Assembly (NCBI GenBank): GCA_000165425.1
Contig: CT868008.1
Span: 434,001-498,000 of the forward strand
Length of the DNA stretch: 64,000 nucleotides
Reading direction: 5' to 3'
Origin: Paramecium tetraurelia
Lineage: Eukaryota
Below are positions 24,418-41,424 of the stretch, piece after piece. Below the pieces are notes generated by a model. It did not search any database. It was not told where the DNA came from and saw only the letters and a list, made by a program, of their open reading frames with translations. Positions within the stretch are counted from its first letter, which is position 1; the number at the start of each line of letters is the position of its first letter. A program made the position numbers and the translations under genes.

Positions 24418-26267
24418 TCAGATAAGTTTTTTGGGTAGTGGTGGTTTAAGTACGTTCAACTCTAAACTTTGGGGTTGAACAGGAAGTCTTTGTTAAAAAT
24501 TTCTTGAAAAGGGCAGTATCTTTTTATTAAACACTCTCGGCATGAACATACTATGTACAACTTCTATGAAATGATAAACAATCTATAATACTTTCTTAAT
24601 CGAAGCGGTAAGCATCTACACACTCTTACTCTACCATACTTAATTTTTTTGTAGAACTGTTGCTCCTATTTTTGATATCTGGAGGTTTTCTGATTGGAGA
24701 TTGACTTTGTTATTATTGTTGTTAAGTATTAAACTGTTGCTTAAAGGGACGAACCATAGAGATCGGTTTTTTAGGAGATTCAAAGTGTTATGGTTAGACC
24801 TACTTCAATTCAGTTTTATGATTAGCTGTTGTGGATCTTGAACGAAGTGCAGGTATCTCAAAAGGATTTGATAATCTCTTTTTATCACTTTAATGTGTTT
24901 TCTTGAAAAGTCTCTTCTTAAAATGATGCTTGTTTCCAGTTTAAATATAAAGTTGATCTTTATTATGTGAATCATGATGGATAACACTGATATTCAAAGA
25001 TTTTTGAGAGGAAGAAGGTTGACTATTTTCATTAGTGTGCACATGTTCAGAATTTTTAGTTACACACTTTTCTTCAGGTTCTTTAGCTCCATTTTCTTGG
25101 ATCCTCTTTAGAATAAGAAATTATCAATACCTATAATATCTTCTCGTATCTCAATTACTATTTAATTGGTGGAATATTTTGGTTTTCTTTTAATGCTTAG
25201 TGTTCCCTCAGCATCTCCTTTATGTAATCTTTGTCTAATAAATTTGAAGTGTTAGTCTACAATTTTTAGGATTGCTTCATCAAATACCTAAGATTTATCA
25301 ATTAAATTTCAATACGTCGTATCTACTTTCAATCCTTTCATTGAAACTAGAAGCATAATGGTCTTGATTTTCTGGAGAATCTACTCTCTGGCAGTGAATG
25401 CTCGATACATCTCTGGTAGAGTTAATGGGATTGGATCTGTTTTGGAATTCGTAATCCAAGGATGTTATAAGATCTAGTTTGCACTATATCTATGAATAGG
25501 ATCCATCGAAACGCATTTCAAAAATAGATGCTTTGCCATTGGATCGAAATCCTCAGGGAAATCCCACTTAGGATCTAGTAGTTTCTTCTTATAATCGTGC
25601 GAATGCTCTCCTCCTTTATATAAAGGGTGCTTCCCTGTTAGCATTTAGTAAAGTATAATTCCACAACTCCAAATATCTATTGGCTTAGAGTATACACGCT
25701 AACTAAATAGCTCTGGAGCCATATAAATAAGGGTCCCACATTGTCCATGCAATACAATTTGTCCAGCCGATAATCCAAAATCGACAATCTTTAGTGTACT
25801 GAAATCGTTAGAGTCTTCTACTAGTATATTCTCTTATCTTAATTCAATTATAGTTACCTCAGGCTTAAGATCTCGATGCACCACTCCATGTTCATGAATA
25901 AATTAGACTGCTTTGAAAATACTGGTCATAATGATTCTAGCTTCTTATTATGTATATTTGCGCACTTTCAACGGACCTTATTTGATAAGGGCCATTTCTA
26001 TAAGTAGCTTGCTTTCTGTTTCTCTGACATTCTTAAATTGAACTATATTGGGATGATTCATCTTAGCAAGGATTTAGGCTTCTGACAAGATCTAGGCTAC
26101 CTTATAATCCTTTTTGGGAAGAATCTAATTAAACATTAGGACTCTGATATTACTTTCACAGCCACATGTTCTTTCCCCCCATCTTTGTATACAGCTTCAA
26201 CTACCTTCCCAAAACCCCCAGCTCCTAAGACTTTGATGACTTAATAGTATTATTCAAGTTCTTCCAT
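24418..26267 (-). CDS. CAMK-family Ser/Thr protein kinase
   Basis: [35 protein letters not shown] and DIWSCGII; long low-complexity C-tail. Confidence 0.93.
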
Positions 26268-27202
26268 TTAAATAATTATAAAAATAAATCATTAAGTTAA
26301 AGATGAAACCAAAATTACAATTGAAAGTCCATTAATCGGGGTCTATTTTTTAAAGAAATCTAAACTTGTGTTAAAAGTTGTTTGAGGGTTCCTTTCTCAA
26401 TAAAATGAGATATATCTATACCTAAAAAAAATAAATTTTAAAATAAACTATATTTATACTTAAATTAAGTATCAAAATATCTATCTAAATATATCATAAA
26501 TCATTAGCAAATTATCCAGGAGGTTTTAATTTGATTTCTTGGTCAGGCTTAGACTGATAATCAAATTATGAATATGGTATCCAATTCTGTAGTTTTACAA
26601 ATCAGTTAGTTATATATACTGTTTATAGCTTCATAAATTCTAGAGAACTACATATTAAACCATAATTATAAATCTCCTATATCAAATAACTATCAATATC
26701 AATAGGCCATTATTTATTCTTAATAAGAATAGATTTTCAGAGCTCCTAAATATCAAATATTATTCCATATCTGATCTAAAGTACTTATTTTTTATTGATC
26801 TAAAAGTTCATTCATTAAGTAATTTCTTAACTATTAATATAGATGCTTTCTTTTTATAGTTCTTTCATATAAATAATTTATCTAGTTATTAAGTTTCTTT
26901 TGATTTTACATCCATAAAGATATTAATTCATGGTTAATTCACAGATTTACCAAGTCACACCTTACTTGAATGAATGGTGCAACAGATTGAATTATCTATT
27001 TAATAATTCTTAGATCAATTAACTATGATGATTTAATGAGTGATAAGTATGTCATCAATAGTCAGGATCTTATATATTATGTGTTATGAATAGTTTATTA
27101 CATAGCTAAATTTTAGAAGGAGTTCAAAATTGAGACTTTTAATATTTTTACTATCGATGATAAATTATTAATATATGGACAGAGATTCATAAATATTTTA
27201 AT

Positions 27203-28695
27203 ATGTTAATATTAATCGAGACTCCTGCAGGATTTGCCCTCTTTTAAGTTGCTAACACTAAGGCACTTAGCAAAATTGATAATATCTACGATTACTTGCA
27301 AAATGAGAAGCAAGCTAAAAAATTGTAAGCATTTGCATAGAAAATGATCTTAGGATTACCCCTTTTGCTTTCCAACAATTTAAGGATACATAAGAAGCTC
27401 TCGTTGCCACTAGTAAGCTTATTAATGGTAAGATCCCCAAGAAACTCAGTAAGTTTTTGGAAAAGAATGTAATTTCACAGGAAGTTTAAGATTAAATTGC
27501 AGGTATCAATAAATTATACATTATTATAGTTTAAGATAAAAAACTAGCTAAACAGATTCAAGATTAACTGGGATTGACTTGCGTTTAAACCCCAGTCACA
27601 GAACAACTCTTTAGAGGCATTAAATCACAACTAACCAATTTAATTGAAGGCTTAAGTGAAGCTGAACTCAAAAACATGACTTTGGGTTTGGCACATGGTC
27701 TATCTAGATACAAGCTCAAATTTTCAACTGAAAAAGTAGACACCATGATCATCCAAGCTATTGCACTTTTGGATGATTTAGACAAAGAAATTAACAATTA
27801 CATGATGAGATTGAGAGAATGGTTCGGATGGCATTTTCCAGAATTAGGCAAAATCATTACAGATAACCTAATATATGCTAAGGTTGTTAAAGCCATTGGT
27901 ATGAGAATCAAGACAAGCTAGACTGATCTTTCTGGCATTTTACCAGACAATCTAGAAGCAGATGTCAAATAGGCTGCAGAAGTGTCTTTTGGTACTGAAA
28001 TCACACTTGAAGATGAAAAGTTCATTCTCTGTTTGGCTGACTAAGTCATCGAATTGACTGATTACAGAGCCTAATTATCAGAGTATTTGAAAAACAAGAA
28101 TGTAAGCTATCGCCCCAAATCTTACAACTATGGTTGGAGAATTAGTAGGAGCAAGATTGATATCTCATGCTGGATCTCTGGTTAATCTAGCTAAATACCC
28201 AGCTTCTACAGTATAAATCTTAGGAGCAGAGAAAGCACTGTTAAAAGCCATTAGAACCAAACACAACACACCAAAATATGGTTTGATCTTCTAAGCCAGT
28301 TTTAGTTGGAAGTGCTCCTGCTAAATTGAAAGGTAAAGTCTCCAGAACATTAGCTGCTAAAACTGCCTTGTGTATTAGATATGATGCTTTAGGTATATTT
28401 TAGTATTCAACGTATTCTAGGTGAGGGATAAGATGCTGAATTTGGAGTCACCAACAAAGCATTCTTAGAAAAGAGAGTTCATTAATTAGAGGAAGGAGTG
28501 AACTATAGAGATGTGAAAGCACCATAAAGAGGAAAAGCCAAGCCAGTTTCCAATTAAGCTTAATATTAAGAAGAAGCAGACTTCTAACCTTAGGGAGCCT
28601 CATGGATGTAGAAATTCCAAAAAGGTGAAGATAAAAGATAGGCCTCATAAGATTTAGCATAAAATTCAAAATTCAAGAAGGTGAAATAGTAATGA
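27203..28695 (+). CDS. NOP58: Box C/D snoRNP protein Nop58; two apparent +1 indels
   Basis: [41 protein letters not shown]...[37 protein letters not shown]; extra A at ~28096 and extra T at ~28300. Confidence 0.93.
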
Positions 28696-29234
28696 AAGTA
28701 CATTATGTATAAAATATAAAAACCTCTACATTGGTCTTCGTTTCCTTTCATCCAACCATTACACAAGTCTTTTTTATATGTTTACTCAATCCAATTAAAA
28801 TAATTCTATATATTGGTGTTATCAAAATTAATGCTTTTTGAAATCAACAGAACAAAATTGTATATTAATGAGTTAGTTTTAATTATTGTGGAATAAATAA
28901 AGAATTTTTATATTTTATATAATCATATTGTAAATCCATAATTTGGTATTTATTACTTATTTTATATTATTTTTCTAAATTTACGCAAATCTATGTCTTC
29001 TTACGATAAGAACTTCAAAAATATATGTCAATTTGGATTTTTACATTAATATTTTATAGTATTAGGAAGTCAATTTATTAAATTGAAACTATTTCTTATG
29101 TCTGAATTTATAATTAATATTTCTAATTCCCTTGTAGATAGATTATCATAACATCCAAAAACCATCAACAAAAATTTATCTTAATGTATTAATAGAGAAA
29201 TAACAATTCTAAGTATAGAATTTCATATCTTTTT

Positions 29235-29664
29235 CAATTACAAATGATTTACTTTATCTTTAAACATTTCTGCATTTAAATATCAGTAATTTTATTCCTA
29301 ACCTATTATTCAGGTATTAAACCTTTTAGTTTTTTCTTTACTTAATGGATTTCTCTTTATATCATCATTAATCAAAAGACATTTAGAGTAATTAGAATGG
29401 TCATAAAATATCAAACAATCAGGTAAACTCTGTCTTTTAACTCTTTACTCTTTTCATTAATTGGTTAATATTATTTTATATTTGAATTTGCATTGGTCTG
29501 CTGAAATATGTTTTCAATAACACAGAACACACCTTCTAATCTTTTTAGATTTTAATGGTTTCTTTGTTGGATGTTAGCAATTGTTAGAGTTCTCTACTTT
29601 CTTTCAACAATTGCCTAACTTGTTGGAGAAAATTCACTATAGCTTCAAGTCCATCTTTATTCAT
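29235..29664 (-). pseudogene. Possible decayed gene
   Basis: MNKDGLEAIVNFLQQVRQLLKE... followed by frame changes and TGA; boundaries approximate. Confidence 0.35.
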
Positions 29665-29680
29665 AATTTTAATAAAATAA

Positions 29681-30238
29681 TCAATGCAAGCTTTGCTTAA
29701 GTTGTATGTAATCATTGAGAATCTTTTTCAACCACCTCCAACACTCTCGCAATTCGGGTTTCGAATTTGGAAAATGATTTTATGGATGACACTGTATTAC
29801 TAGATCAACTATTGAATTAACGAACTTCTGTATTGAGGGATCTTTGATTAAACTTTCCAAGCGTGTGATCTCTTGCTTTAAACTTTTGTTTTCTTTCACT
29901 AGCAAGCTGTTTTCAATTAATTAATTTTGAAATTAAACTTCTTTTTCTTTTAATTGCACCTCGAATTCCTTTAATTTTTCTATTAAGTTATCTTTTTAAT
30001 AATTAGTTGGTTCAGATAATCTATTCATTAATATTTTTTAATGTGCTCTCATTTCGCTGATCATTTATTCTTTGAATTCTAATTATTTGGTGAGTTATTC
30101 AACTTGTTTTCTAAGCTCTTAAACCTCTTCCCCAACAAATTTTTCTGTAATTGGACTCACTTATTATTACTTAAGATACTAAGAATAGTATAGTTATGTC
30201 GAGGAATTGTGAGAAATTTAGCTTGTTTAACGATTCAT
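29681..30238 (-). CDS. Coiled-coil hypothetical protein
   Basis: Intronless code-6 ORF MNRQTSQ...ELRKQVEQLTKQLEFKE...KPELRECWRWLKKILNDYIQLKQSLH-TGA. Confidence 0.78.
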
Positions 30239-31150
30239 TAAATTTTATTTAGGAATTTTAATAATATTAAAATATTTATTTAGGCTCTATAAAGAATCCA
30301 ATCAATAATAAATAGAAACTAAACCAACATAAATTCCCCTCATCTAAATTTATCTAAACCATATTAGCCATTTTTCAAAATATTTATATATTTTTCAGAA
30401 TTCATTAAAATTCATTTATTAAAAAGACATGAATGTCAACATTATTTGATCTATTTTCAGATTAAACCCAATTAAGAAGCTATAATATAGATGGTTTACA
30501 AGTTATACTACCTCAGAATTGAAAATATTCAGTCAAATATATTTTAAAATATTTAAATACTATACTACTTTGCTAAATGATCTTAATCCAAAATTTCTAA
30601 TTAATTCTTAAAAATCATTAATATTTTAACATTATAATGTTGAAGGATTAAGGAAAGGTCAGATAAAAATAAATATATACACCACAATTCAAATAATTTA
30701 TTCAATACTATATTTTCATTTATAGTAGATAATACCTGAACCTGAAGATGTGATATGCTTTCTTCCTCATTAATTAATTGCTCTAATGAATAAAATTATG
30801 AATGATTTATTATTTAATTAATTTAACTTTTATAATATCCTATGATATTATTTAATGATCATCAATCTCTATGATAGTGAAAAGAATTCTAACAGGTCTT
30901 CTATGATTTAATTTAAATGAGATTATCTTTATGAATCTATTATTATTATATTTTCAAACTATACTAGTTAGAATTCATTCTAAATTTTCAATTATTTTGG
31001 CTATGTAAAGATAATTATTAAGAATAAATTAAATCACTTATCTATGAATTGAATAGGCATTAATAAAATTTAAAATAAAATTACAGTACTGTATATATAG
31101 CATAAATCAATTAATTATAAAAAGTAGCATTTTTCAAATTCAAATTGGAA

Positions 31151-32652
31151 ATGAATTTTTAATCTCCTCTTGCAAGAAATTTATTCAGTACTCCTGAAAA
31201 ATAATCTATGGAACCAGAGTTGTGTAAGAAAGTGATCATTGATGATCAAATACAACAATTCAATAATTCAAGCAAAAAACAATTCAAATTCTAGATTATG
31301 TAGAGCTATTTCAATTAATAATTAGACCTATCAAGACTCAAACACCAATTAAATAAAAAAATCATCTTTCACACATTACTCCAAGTACTTCAGAAAACGA
31401 TTGCATTGGAAGTTCTTTAGTTCATAGATTCTAAAATCATATGACCTTAGATTAAATCTAATAAAGTCCTCCCAGCACCCCAAAAAATAAGGGAACTAAA
31501 TCTCATAAAGAATTAACTGCTTAAAAATAGGGTACTGCCACTCCAATAAAAAAGAAAGTAATTAAATATTTTACTGAAAGAGTGCGATTAAAAGTATCCA
31601 GACAAGTGCATGGGCCATGGATGTTGAAGATTAGTCAGAAGAAGAGAGTCCTTCCTTTGAGAAATCTAGATATTATAATGAATATACTTAATTGGCAGTA
31701 ATAGGCAATGGAAATTTTGGTACTGTTTATAAATGCAGAAATAATATTGATAAACAAATTTATGCGATAAAATGTGTTAAACTTCAAGGATATGGCAAAT
31801 CATATGATGCAGCAGAAACTCTTAATGAAGCATAGGCACTTGCGTATCTGACGGCTAAAGGAAGATGCAAAAATATCATAAGATATTATACTGCCTGGAA
31901 TGAAAAGTGCTATAATTATTTATAAATGGAATACTGCAATTTCAATGTGACTTCCCTCTTAGTAATTTATAATAATATTATTTAGGAATCTAAAAGGGAT
32001 TAAAATTAAAGATTTGAAGAATTCGAAGTTAAAAAGATACTGAAAGATATTTTGAAAGGTTTGAGATTTCTTCATGAATAATCAATCACGCATTTCGATG
32101 TCAAACCTGATAACATCTTATATAGCAAAGTTTAAGGGTGTTACAAATTGGCTGATCTAGGTCTTTCCAGACAAACCTAATTAAAAAAGGGAGAGGATAT
32201 TAATGAAGGAGATTCTCGATATTTAGCTCCTGAAATTTTATCTAATGTATAATGTTTTACAATTTTAGCTAACAGCTTAATCTGATTTAAGTAAATCGGA
32301 TATATTCTCAATGGGTGCTTCAATTTATGAAATTATGATAGGAGAGACTCTACCTGCATGTGGAGAAAAATGGTTGAAATTAAGATAAGGTTTGTCAGTT
32401 AATGATTTTGGATCAGGTATTTGATTATAGTAATTAGATTTCTATTCCATTAAATTAAGAAGATTAATTTGCAGGATGATGAATCCCAATTCATTTTTTA
32501 GATTGAGTGCTAAGTCTTGTTTAGAAGATCCTTATTTGTTTGTTCCTAAGGAAAAATTCATACAATAGGAAAAGATTAAAGGATATTAATTAAGATAATA
32601 ATTCGATGTACTTAAAATTATGGAAACCAAAAAAAGGTAAATGAGTGTTTGA
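31151..32652 (+). CDS. WEE1/MYT1-family protein kinase
   Basis: SRYYNEY, IGNGNFGTVYKC, YAIK, HFDVKPDNIL, KLADLGL and the Wee1-diagnostic EGDSRYLAPE; SP/TP-rich N-terminus. Confidence 0.92.
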
Positions 32653-32675
32653 TATTTATTGAATTATAAATATAA

Positions 32676-33247
32676 ATGAATTAAAATTAAAACTTTACAA
32701 GCAATCTTAATCTATTTCCTGAAATAGGAACACACGGATCAAGAGGAAAAGTAACAAATTAAGATAAACTTAGTAATATGGTGGAAATAATATCACAATG
32801 AGAGGAACAGAAATTTTTGAAGGGCTTACAACTGGAAGACCATCAAAGAATATCATCCAAGCTCATTTTAAAGTCTTGAGATTTTATAGAAAAGTGTGTC
32901 GTCTTATTCCCTTTTTATTAAGAATTCATGATATGGAAGTGACCTGTAATTCATAATAAGCAATGCTAAATGTAGCAAATGTAATCAGAAAAAGAGCATA
33001 TTTAAGAGATCCTGATGCCGTTGATAGATGGGTTAGTATTTATGTATGATATTAATAGGTTTATAGAGGATATGAATTACTCTACCAAGCTGAATGGCAT
33101 ATGCTAAATAGAGATCATTTATTCCAATACTTTGCAAATCAAAATAGATCGGATGCTGGATATTCATATTTAGAAAATTAAAAGCTCAAAGGAAAGAGTG
33201 AATTCTTAAAGGATTTCTACATTGGAAATAAAACATACGAATATTGA
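32676..33247 (+). CDS. NDUFA6: Complex I LYR-motif subunit NDUFA6 (B14)
   Basis: KVLRFYRKVCRLIP (LYR-like), RDPDAVDRW, HLFQYF and KSEFLKDFYIG; two introns. Confidence 0.85.
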
Positions 33248-33424
33248 AATCATAAGTCTAAATAAAAATATTAAAACAAGACTTAAATTATGTTAAAACT
33301 CTTATTTAATGCTCTTATATTTCTTGATATTTTAAGTAATTTTGTATATTTATTCTTTCTTGAATAATAAGATCTTTATTTTGGTTTTATTAATATAATT
33401 GAATAACAATAATAGTATTAAATT

Positions 33425-34370
33425 ATGCTATCCATAGCGTTTGATATTTTAGTGCTAACTATATACGATGAAGAAGATAGAGCATCAATTCTTTCATAAA
33501 TTGATGCTATTTAAAATCTTGCTGGTTTGAAAAACATGAATTTAAAAATAATAAATGTATAAGGGTAAATTCATTTACAAGTAGTTTTTTAAATGTATTT
33601 AAGATTTTTGGTGAGTTATCAGATGTTGAAAGTACTTCGATATCTTTTGAACTTTTATTTTTGAATCCATTGGAAAATGGAATAAGATGTAAAATAGTAA
33701 AACCGCAAGGATAGGAAACCTAGTTAAATCCGTATTATGATTGTAAGGATATTCATTTAATTTAATTTAAGCAAACCTTGGATTTATAGATTTTAGTACA
33801 TATATTGAGAGAACCGATAAATTGATTGATATCTTTTCCAAAATGAAAATATAATTTAAAAAAGAGCATCCGTACGAAGGAGTAGGAAAAGCTTAAGAAT
33901 AAGAGAAAAATTCATTTGCAAAAAATGTTAATATCAATAATTCATGATTTTAGATAAAAGATAACTGGAGTGAATTAAATTCTATAAATGAATTTCTGGT
34001 TTTTGAACTAATAAATGAATATAAAAAGAAAGCTTGTCTTAAGTAGATGATAATTGATGGATAAGAAATGGTAGATTAATTAATAAAGGAAAAAGATAAA
34101 TTGAATTAATTTAGGAATCAGAATATAGATAAAGTTGTAGATGAATATAATATTTTATAACATATTTCCACAACACCTTATTAAGATCAGCTCATAGAAT
34201 TAGATGCAAAAATCAAGGGCATTCGTGATACCTTAAGATTAATTTAGCATAATTTCTAAAATAATCATTTAAACTTTCTAGAATTAAACTAATTTACAAG
34301 GAATCTAGCTAAGGAAGAATTTGATGCATTCCTCCTATTAAAGAAATGTCTTAATTAATAATTAGAATGA
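33425..34370 (+). CDS. Hypothetical protein with coiled-coil C-terminus
   Basis: MLSIAFDILVLTIYDEEDRASIL...; short introns; ends CLNQQLE-TGA. Confidence 0.6.
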
Positions 34371-34480
34371 TATAACTGAATTAAATTCATTATTATAAAT
34401 TATAATCACTCTTTAGGGCAAAAAGGAATGAGTTTAAAATAAAATATGATTGAATCTAATATATTGAACGTAGATAATTA

Positions 34481-35260
34481 TCATCTTTCTTTCTAATGTT
34501 AAGGATTAAAGGGCAAGCTAGTTTCAACTTTTTTTAGAAAGTTCTTCAGTGGTCCAATACTGCATTTCGCATGATCCGCTATTACTTGTGCCACTATTCC
34601 TCCTCTATCAGCAAAGATAATATCTCCACAATATTTAATAATCGTTCCAGCTATTACATTTTCATGTTCTCCTTAGATCAGATTCCTTTGGTTTATTTCC
34701 TTAAACATCTAAAGACAAAAGTTAATGAATTTTTCATTAAGTCCTATTGAACTTGAAATCTGTTTAATAAATGAGTGAACGATAGCCTCTAAATCATATG
34801 AACTGTGAATCTTTAGAAGAATCTTTTTGATTTGTTTTTCTGAGACTGAAGTTTTCGACAAAATCTCTTTCTATGTTACTGGAGCATTGATTTATTTCAA
34901 AGCAGCGATGATGATTGCCACAGCGATAGCTTTATACTTTTTTTACTTTAAACCGTCAAGTAATTCAGGTTTTAAAAATGTGATTCCTATTTTTAAAAGA
35001 TCTTAACTTAATCCCAGTAGAACAATCTGATGTGTGATTTCTTCGACAATAGCAGAAAATCTCTTTCTCATAAAATATGATTCATTATTATCTTCGATAG
35101 ATGTTTCAGACGTATTATCCGTAGATAATGCAATAAGAGAGGATTCCTCAGATTTTGGAGGAGGGAGGAAATCAGGTGTATCAGTTCCTGCCCCAACAAG
35201 TCGGAACTTGGGTATAGGAGGTCTGGGTGGTCTATGTTCTGTCCTTTTTGGTATGTCCAT
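34481..35260 (-). CDS. TFIIB-like cyclin-fold protein without Zn ribbon
   Basis: Intronless ORF with two cyclin-box-like repeats: LKQKKYKAIAVAIIIAALKQINAPVTQKEILSKTSVSEKQIKK and IQGEHENVIAGTIIKY...AQVIADHAKCSIGPLKN. Confidence 0.72.
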
Positions 35261-35767
35261 TAGTTATAAATTATAATACACTTATTATTTATATTTCAAA
35301 TAAATCTAATTCGTTCTAAATAGAGGCAAAATTGATTATGACATAATCATCAATAATATTTCATTAAAACATCAACAAAAAACAAATAATATTTATAAGA
35401 TATGATCTAGTGATTTGCATAATATTTTGGCAAGATATGTGTTTCTATCATAAATTTCAGTAGAATTAACCTATTGATTGTAAATACTAAAATTAAATAA
35501 AATAGAAAATGAATCATTTTTTTATTCATTTACAATAATAAGTGAACTAGGCTTTAGTTGTAATATATCCATGCTAAGTGGATAATTAACCTTATTAAAA
35601 TACTATAAATGAAGTTATTATCTGGGTATAATGAAAGAAATATAATCTATTATTTTTAAGTAAACTAATAAATTGAGTAGAAACTTTGGAAATAAGATGA
35701 ATTATTTTAGTTAAATTAATTTTGATAGATTAAACTTATGATATTGAATATATATTATATATATTTA

Positions 35768-38941
<3,174 letters not shown>

Positions 38942-40895
38942 TAATTAAGAATAATTTATATGCAATCCCTCAAAATTACAATCAATTTATCATATCTCGT
39001 AATTTATTAGTATCCCTCAATTTTTAATATACAATACTAATCTTCAATTAAAAACCTGGATTCCACTTTTTCCATTCACTTTATAATGAACATACTAAGA
39101 AAACATATTATTAAAAGACGAAGGAGTTTTGTAATCTTTTATAATAATCAAACAGGTTAATTAATTCATAGTATTTGCTTATAAAATTTATCTAAAGCCT
39201 TATCTACTAACTGTTTTAAGGAAATAATCAATATCAAAATTTGAAAAATAGTTATGGATAATTAATCCTAATATGCTGACTTGCATTTAAAAGGAGAATA
39301 CAATGTTTTTACATGAAATCATGTATAACTGTATATTTCCTTTCAGGATTTAAAGAAAATCCTAAAAATAAGCTTTTAAAAAAACTTGATATTTCAAATT
39401 TATATTCTTCTTCATAGATTAAGGTTTTCTCAATATTATCATATTACCTAATTTATCAATTATAAGGATTCAGATTCATAAAAAAATTTCAAATTTTAGT
39501 TTATATTCTTACTTATTATCTTATTATTTAGATAATTATTTACTTATTGGATTATTTTCAGATTTATAAATAAATAGAATATACTATTTATCATCAAATC
39601 ATATGATAAAACAATTAATCCCCTCTATATCAATGTTCCTTGTAAATATTTCTATTTCTAACTTGTTCCTCTGTTTCACCAATATTGATTCAAGATATTT
39701 AATTTTGATTTGACAATTCGTTTATAAATGGTAATATATTTTGATTGTGTGCATAAGATTATAAAAATTCAAAATTTAACATAATTGATAATCAATTGAT
39801 TTAATTAATAGTATTATTTTAAAACTTGCAATCTAAATGATTAAATTCTTCCTAGTTTGATTAAAAATAGAAAAACCTTTCATCAAAAGATATTTAAATA
39901 TCTATTTAATTTTTGATTAATTAAAACAATTTTCTAGTCCATTCCAAATTGATAATTTAGCTAAATTTATAGATATAAATACAATATATTTGAATGAATA
40001 TTGAGTAAACGAAAAGCATTAAATATATGAAAATAAAATTTTTGACAATTCTTTTAATTTACAATCGAATCTTAAGATTTGAAGTTTTATTATAAATTAC
40101 AACTATCAAGAGCTTTGATAGGAATCAATATTATTGTAGTAAAAATACTTAGGAAGAATAATTCAGATTATTAGCAGATAGATAGATTTATATAAAATTA
40201 TAGGATATACAGAATATGTATTATTGATAAGGGCGCAATAATAATTAGATTGGGAGAATAACTCAATATTGTAAACTTTTACTTAAACATAGGAATAATA
40301 TGATAAAATATAAATTAAAATTTGTTTACTATTTTTTATTTAAATACAAAGAAAATATATTAAACCCATAAGCAAATAAAAAAATTTAGTAGGCGGATTT
40401 CTATTTTAAACAATAAGTAAAATTGCTAAGGAAAACATTTAAAATAATTGTCTAAGTTGATTTAGATACGAAAGAATGGAAGAATTATTTTCATTCTTTT
40501 CATAATAGTTCTAAATATTCTATTTTTATTTTGATTACCTGTTTAAGTGTGAAATAATATTTTGAATTGTATTTAATAACGTGATTCGTGATTAAGTATT
40601 TTAGTTATAAACTTTTGTTTTAAGTAATTAATTTCAAAGATTAGATTTGGTGGGAGTGTGACAACTCTATTATTTGATATCTCGTTATTTCAGGGATCTG
40701 TTTATAAGGTCATTAAGTTAATATAATATTTAATGGGTTGTCTTATAGATTAGGGACATGTTGTTATTTAAATATAAATATAAATTGTATGAGATCAGAA
40801 TGCAAGTGATAAATATTGTTTTGTCTAATAGTAAATTTGAAATTATTAGATGACTTTCATTAATAAATTTAAGGTTTTAGAATTAATTAAATAAG

Positions 40896-41321
40896 ATGAT
40901 GAAAAAAGTCTATACACTTCCAACACCAAGGGAGTAGAAGTCAATAATTCAACAGAAGAGTTAATAGGATATAATCATGTAATATAGAATTGTATTTTCT
41001 TAGAAAGTAGGGTTAATTTGGGTATATTCCTGATTAAACTACAAAGAAGGAATAGTCATCGAAGCCTTCCCGTCCATACTTGATGTTTAAACCTTAATTG
41101 GTGGAAGAGGTGGATGAGAACAACATGAAAAAGATGAAACTATCCTTCCATAACTCAATAACCGACTTACAAACTTTTGAAGAATTAGCAAAGGAATCAA
41201 AGCCAAGAGAATCCACTCCGAATTTAAACCAAACTCCGACAGAGAAGTCTAAGCCTTTTGTTAGGTAGCTATTATTTATAAAGATAGTAGAAAGTCTATG
41301 AAACACTTAACTCAGCTCTGA
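40896..41321 (+). CDS. Small hypothetical protein
   Basis: MMKKVYTLPTPREQ...; two short introns restore a frame ending RKSMKHLTQL-TGA. Confidence 0.6.
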
Positions 41322-41424
41322 TGAATATAAAATTTGTGAAATTATATATATATATGACTTATTTAAGTCATTTAATATTGATTTTTACATATCTACATTT
41401 TTTTTATTTAAAAAATTTACCTAT

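Noticed and set aside
27021..27095. C/D snoRNA-like segment upstream of NOP58 (ATGATGA...ATGA with AACTAT/ATAGTT ends)
   Set aside because: The D box is not CTGA, the terminal stem overlaps box C, no rRNA guide was recognised, and such words are expected by chance in AT-rich DNA.
19454..28305. Euplotes-type programmed +1 frameshifting as the cause of the indels
   Set aside because: That mechanism needs AAA followed by a TAR stop. TAR is sense here and the sites share only homopolymer context.
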